64,000 bases of DNA from Cyanophora paradoxa CCMP329 (lineage: Eukaryota; Plantae; Glaucophyta): contig QPMI01000523.1 in assembly GCA_004431415.1 (NCBI GenBank), positions 69,098 to 133,097 on the forward strand. The letters run 5' to 3'. The notes beneath the pieces were generated by a model. The model saw nothing but the letters and a program-made list of their open reading frames with translations. It did no database searches and had not been told where the DNA came from. The stretch's first letter is position 1; every line of letters begins with the position of its first letter. Below, one piece after another: positions 59,058 through 64,000 of this stretch. The translations under genes were made by a program, and so were the position numbers.

Positions 59058-62000
59058 AGCGAACGATACTCGACACAGCTCCGATCTATTTACTTCCATG
59101 GGGGTTTTTAATTTGAGACCATTTGGCCTGTACAGCAAAGTGGTTCACGGGTAGTAACTGGGTAGCAAGTATGTAAGCAGTGAGAGTGTTTTTGTACAGC
59201 AATTCGCGTCACACACGAGATAAAGAGTGTACTTGAATATAGATACAGTTTCATGCAACAGAAACAGTAGAGCAGTCCATGCTTCCTGGACAAGACATGG
59301 AAATCTAGGGGCCTATGGATGGCCCGGCGCAGAAGGCGCCACGGCATTTGCGATCAGCGGCGAGATTGCGATGATCAGGGGTTGAGATAATGCTAAATTT
59401 TCAATTAATATCGCACTAACATACATGTGAACCCGCTACGGAGTACGCTGCGGAAGTCGCAGTAATGGCTCGGGGATGCGAATGAGGGCTGTCGCCCCGC
59501 CCCGAGTGCCCACGGCAATCTGAGGGACGGTCATCGCACAGCGCAAGGGGGTGAGGCTGTCGATGGGCATGTACCAATCCAGGTTGTTTTGGAGAAGCAG
59601 CTAGGCAAGTGACGGCATGGACAACTATGGGTACAGGATGCGCATCTGGGGAGCCGCTGATGGCATGGGTTCCAAGGTAGGGACGGAGGAGAGCCCGGAG
59701 ACTGAGCTTGAGGACAGGATGGTCGAGCTGGCCCAGTGGCAATGTCCAGACGATGTCAGCGGGGCCCGGCGTGAGGTCATAGATAAGGAGGTACTGGCCA
59801 CCCCTTGAACGGGTGGCGATGACGAAAAGAGCCCCAGCATTGGCAGAAAGGGCGGACGCATTAAATCGGGCGTACGCCCTGGGCAGCGGAGCAACGTGAA
59901 CGGCCTCGAGAACCATGGGGGCAGAGCCAGAGCCAGCAGGCATCGGGCGCAGGCGGACGAGCGCGAGGCGATCCTCCAGGGTAACAATCACGAGTTGGGC
60001 AAGCCGCCGCTCCTCCTCAGGGTAATCTACAGGGGGCAGGCCGAATGGAAGCGGCGGCGGAGGCGGCGGGCCCCCGGGGCGCCGCGGCAGCGCCGGTGCC
60101 GGCGGCGTGCGCCGCGCTGGGTCGAAGCCTTGCAAGAAGAAATGCACACCTGCACCCCAACGCTTCAATGGCCGGCGGGGTGAGCGCGGCTTGCACCACC
60201 GCGGCGCTTACCCCGGGGACAATGCGGGCCGTGGAGCCAGGGGTGGCGGTATCCGCGAGATCTAGAGACGCCAGCACTACCGCGCAACCTCATCACAGGC
60301 TGCGCTGATCTGGGAGATGAGTGACGGGCGAACCACAATTCGGTGTGGGTCCATCGGGGGCTGCGCGTTGAGCAACTCGGCGGAGGGCAAAAAGAGTGCC
60401 TGGATACATCTGCAGGCCCTCTGGTGCGTTTGCGGGAGCAGCCCAACAAATGAGGGGGCGGCGTGCACGTTCCAGAGCCAGCAAAGGTGCAGTAGATCCA
60501 GCGCCCTTCCGCGGTAGGGTCGTGTGTAGAGGCGTCCAACGGGGCAGGGCGGAGCGCCGGGATGCCTGGATTTGCCCACCAAGCGGAAGAGGGGCCCGGC
60601 AGACGGTGGGAATAACCGCTGAGACAGGCAGAGGGTTCGAGTCGCCGCCAGCAGTGCACTCCACCACCGGCCGCCGGCTCTTCAAGTTCGATATCCTCAA
60701 GCGGCCTGTCTGCGCAGGGAGATCAGGGGACAGCTATTGAGTCGGCACGGCGACAAGGACGGCAGTGCGCCTGGGTGCCAACAATCACGATGTTATTGTC
60801 GTGGAGGCTGAAGGTGATGGCGGTCGGCCACTGGGGGTTATCGCTAGGTCCTTCGGCATCGCCCCTCATCAATCCAAACCGTTCCCAGCGCGCGTGCCGT
60901 CCGTACACACTGACCAGGTAGTGTTACAGAGCGTACATTCGAGAGTACGGAGGCGGGGCGCGGGGGTACCTGAAGAGGTAACCTGCGGTGCCAAGGGAGG
61001 CGAGCATGTACGCGTCGTTCTGCGCCAGCGTCGATGCCGAATAGCGAGACATCCTGCATGCAGGCAGGCGCGCGCACGCGAGAGACGGCAAGGGTAGGGA
61101 GGGCGTGGGCCGCCCGATTCGATCCAACGCGATGCAGCGCATCCGGCGGCAGCTCCAGAGAGTGCGTGAACATCAGTGGCACCGCCACGGCCAGAGCACC
61201 ATGCGCTCCGGTAACCTCGGTCGACCCTTGCGATTCTCCACCTTCTGATGGCTGCAGCTGAGGTGCCACTGCCGGCGCCGCACCTGCCCCACCTGGAACG
61301 GCGCCCACCGCGGCGGCGCCAAGGGGGGGGGAGGGTGCCACTGCCTCAGCCCCGCCGAGGGCCGCACCAGGGACCGCTCCGCCTGGGCCAGGGGCGTGTG
61401 CAGACTGAGGCACGGGGATCATTGGCCCACGGGGACAGGCGAGAATTGGTTCCACGTCGAGGTCGATTTCCTGTAGTTAGATTAGAACATAAGCAACGGC
61501 AGAGCACCGTGCTGAGCAACGGCGCACAATGGGGACCATTCCATCAATGTCTAGGGGGCCGGGTGGGGGCGGTTCTTGCTTCGGAGCATCCTTTGGAGCC
61601 GGTCGACGCCAGTGGTACTTCTGCGCTTTTCCGCAGCGATTCAGGCTCGTGACGGAGTCACTAACAGCCGGGCCCGAGAGAGCTGCTGAGCGTGAGGAGC
61701 GCGTAGAGACGTAGCGGAGGGCGAAGCGCACGGCAGATGCCAAAGGAAAAGGCGATAGCAGCGACGGGTGAAGGCCGTGGTTCAACCACCTGAGGCAGGA
61801 CGCGAACCACCTGTAGATTTCAAATGAAAGATCCGCCTTCCGATGAGGGCGTGCTCACAAATGAATAGGGAGGGATGTCCGCCATCGCCGTTAACGTTGC
61901 AGACGGCGCAACGTCGGTCGTAAGGGAGCTTGAAGAAGTTGAGTACTGACATTGGGCGTTCTGCGCATGAGTTGGTGCCTGCAGACGAACAGGCAGTCAC

Positions 62001-64000
62001 ACTTGATCTTGAGCGGGAAGGGATAACCGATGATGAATTCGAGGCGGGGCTCCATCGCTGGCGGGGGAGCTTGCATGGAATGGAGCGGGTATTGAAGATT
62101 GGCATTGACCGGGACGCAATGGGGCCGACAATTGCAAGTGCGATAGCTCTGGATCATACGTATCGGTTTCTGAGCTCGAGCCGGGACTATCGACAAGCTC
62201 GACGAGCTCCACATTGCCGCTTGCGGGCGGTGACGTCGACGTCGGCAACTCTACGATGTGCTTCCGCTTCTTCCGGCTTTCCATCATGACTTGCGCACTT
62301 GCACCGGCTTCAGTCTGCGTTCCCTGGTCAACCCTGTGCATGCCTCTCGGATGCAGGCAAAAGTGGGGACGCTGATGCTGCTGGCGCACACTGATAGCGC
62401 GGACTGCACCTGAACTGGACCGATCTCTTGCCGTGTGGCTGATTCGAACTGCGCATGAACGTCTGCGAGTTCAGCTTGTGCTCTGCCAAGTGCTGCTTCT
62501 GCTAGTTCGACCCTAGCCTGTGCCTCCGCCAATTTGCGGCCAAGATCCACGACTGTTTCACCTGCAGTGCGTTCGAAAGCATACGTTGATGCAGCCTAAG
62601 GCGGCGGACCTCGTCCAGGCGCCGACATGGGCAGATCTCCCTAGCTCGCACGCTGAAACGGGTACATAAATCATTCACATCCATGCGTTTATATGAGCCC
62701 TCGGCAGTGACCCAGATCAAATGATCGCCGAACCAGGCTTAGGCGAGCGTCGAGTAGCACTGTTAAATAGCAGGACACTTGGTAAGTATGTCATCACTAA
62801 TCATGCCACTGTCAGGCTACTACATGTACGTCAACCGGAGTCCAGATCGCAGGAGATCTAGAGGCGAGGGGCCAGCCGACCAAGGCGGTGGATTTGTGGC
62901 GAGAGCGTTGCGCAGGCCTTAAAAGGACATGCGTCGCACTGTAGAGCGTACTGACACCACGCGCACTTATATCCGGCCTCCACGTCCGGCACACCTGCCG
63001 CGGCGCCTGTCCGTAAAACAAGCACGCCCGGCACAAGAGGTGCATGCGCACCGTATGCAGGGCGATCCCCATCCCAGTATGCTGCAAGATCTACCAGCAA
63101 CGTTGACAGCCATATTGGATTGTATATGCATCCCTCCTCGGCAATGAGACTCCCATCCTGTTGCCACTGCGCAATTTCATATCAGGACGGGCGACGATAG
63201 ATATAAACAGGGAGAAGAGGACATCACATGGTAGCGGACACGGAGGTCGATATCAGAAAGTGGTACGTAGTTGAGGGCGTTACGTGCAAGGATAGAAAGA
63301 CTTGATAGGTCAAATGATTTAGGCACAATGCCAATCGACAAGGCATGGTCCCTCAGGGCAGGACATAGTTGCACCTGCACCATTTCAATGGGCAAGGGAT
63401 GATTATGTGATTAATTATAAGGACATGGCACGGGGTAGTGAGGCGCACCTCAGAGTCGAGACCCATGTCGCGGCAGAAAGATGACCAGTAAATGCAGTAA
63501 TCTCGAGGTATTGGAGGAATGTTGCAGGGACGGCAGCCGACTGTAATACGGTCACTAACACATACACAGATGGATATATCATGTGCGTTGCCCCCAGACA
63601 TCCGGACAAATGAGCATAAACGCATGTATGGGGCAGAAACGGAAGAGAGGGTGCACCAGGCTTGGCAGACGAAGTACAAACTGCGTTAACGTGGTCTCTG
63701 TGTGGCTTATCAGTGCACTAATCTTTCGGCAGGGCGCATGTATAAACTGAGGGGGTCAGGGAGAGGGCCGTAAGCACCGTCTCCGGAGGCGCACAGGTCT
63801 CAGCTTTGAACTCAAGTCCGGAGCAGGTAAGGGTGTGCCGGAGACCCCTATAGAAGAAAGTACAAGACCGTCAAAGAGGCACTTGTACAGTGAGAGTTGG
63901 AGGCGCGTTTGCTCCTTCTGTAACTCCCGCGGTACAGTACGCAGTGCTCGCGTTTTGTGATCGACGATGATTACACGTCCTCTTTCGCGGTCCTGCGTAG

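Overview
Eukaryotic (most likely protist) genomic DNA in three compositional zones. (1) 1-~10.8 kb is very GC-rich host DNA with short spliceosomal introns. It carries a two-pore cation channel gene (+) and an [FeFe]-hydrogenase fused to a flavodoxin/FAD/NAD(P)H diflavin-reductase module (-). (2) 13,679-41,300 is a complete, AT-rich, 27,622-bp endogenous Polinton/Polinton-like virus with 792-bp TIRs and a perfect 6-bp target-site duplication (AGTACG). Core genes: rve integrase, Maverick-type PolB, AEP primase-helicase, A32-like packaging ATPase, double-jelly-roll major capsid protein and two pentons. Unusual features: 73-nt palindromic hairpins at both termini; a third, internal copy of the TIR inverted motif right after the helicase; a PolB with an apparently dead exonuclease; an AdoMet-decarboxylase-family gene; a patatin-discoidin fusion; and an array of five fibre-like genes with three different head types. 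The element sits exactly in the 5' splice site of a 67-nt host intron, and the TSD regenerates the donor. The frameshifts I traced are single-base losses in G/C runs, so the element may be intact in vivo. (3) ~11.4-13.7 kb and 41.3-64 kb form a medium-GC, intron-containing island. It holds a divergent histone H3, a SUMO-like-domain gene, an F-box/LRR gene, duplicated orphan genes and many ORFs I cannot assign. All family calls come from motif recognition by eye; no database searches were run.
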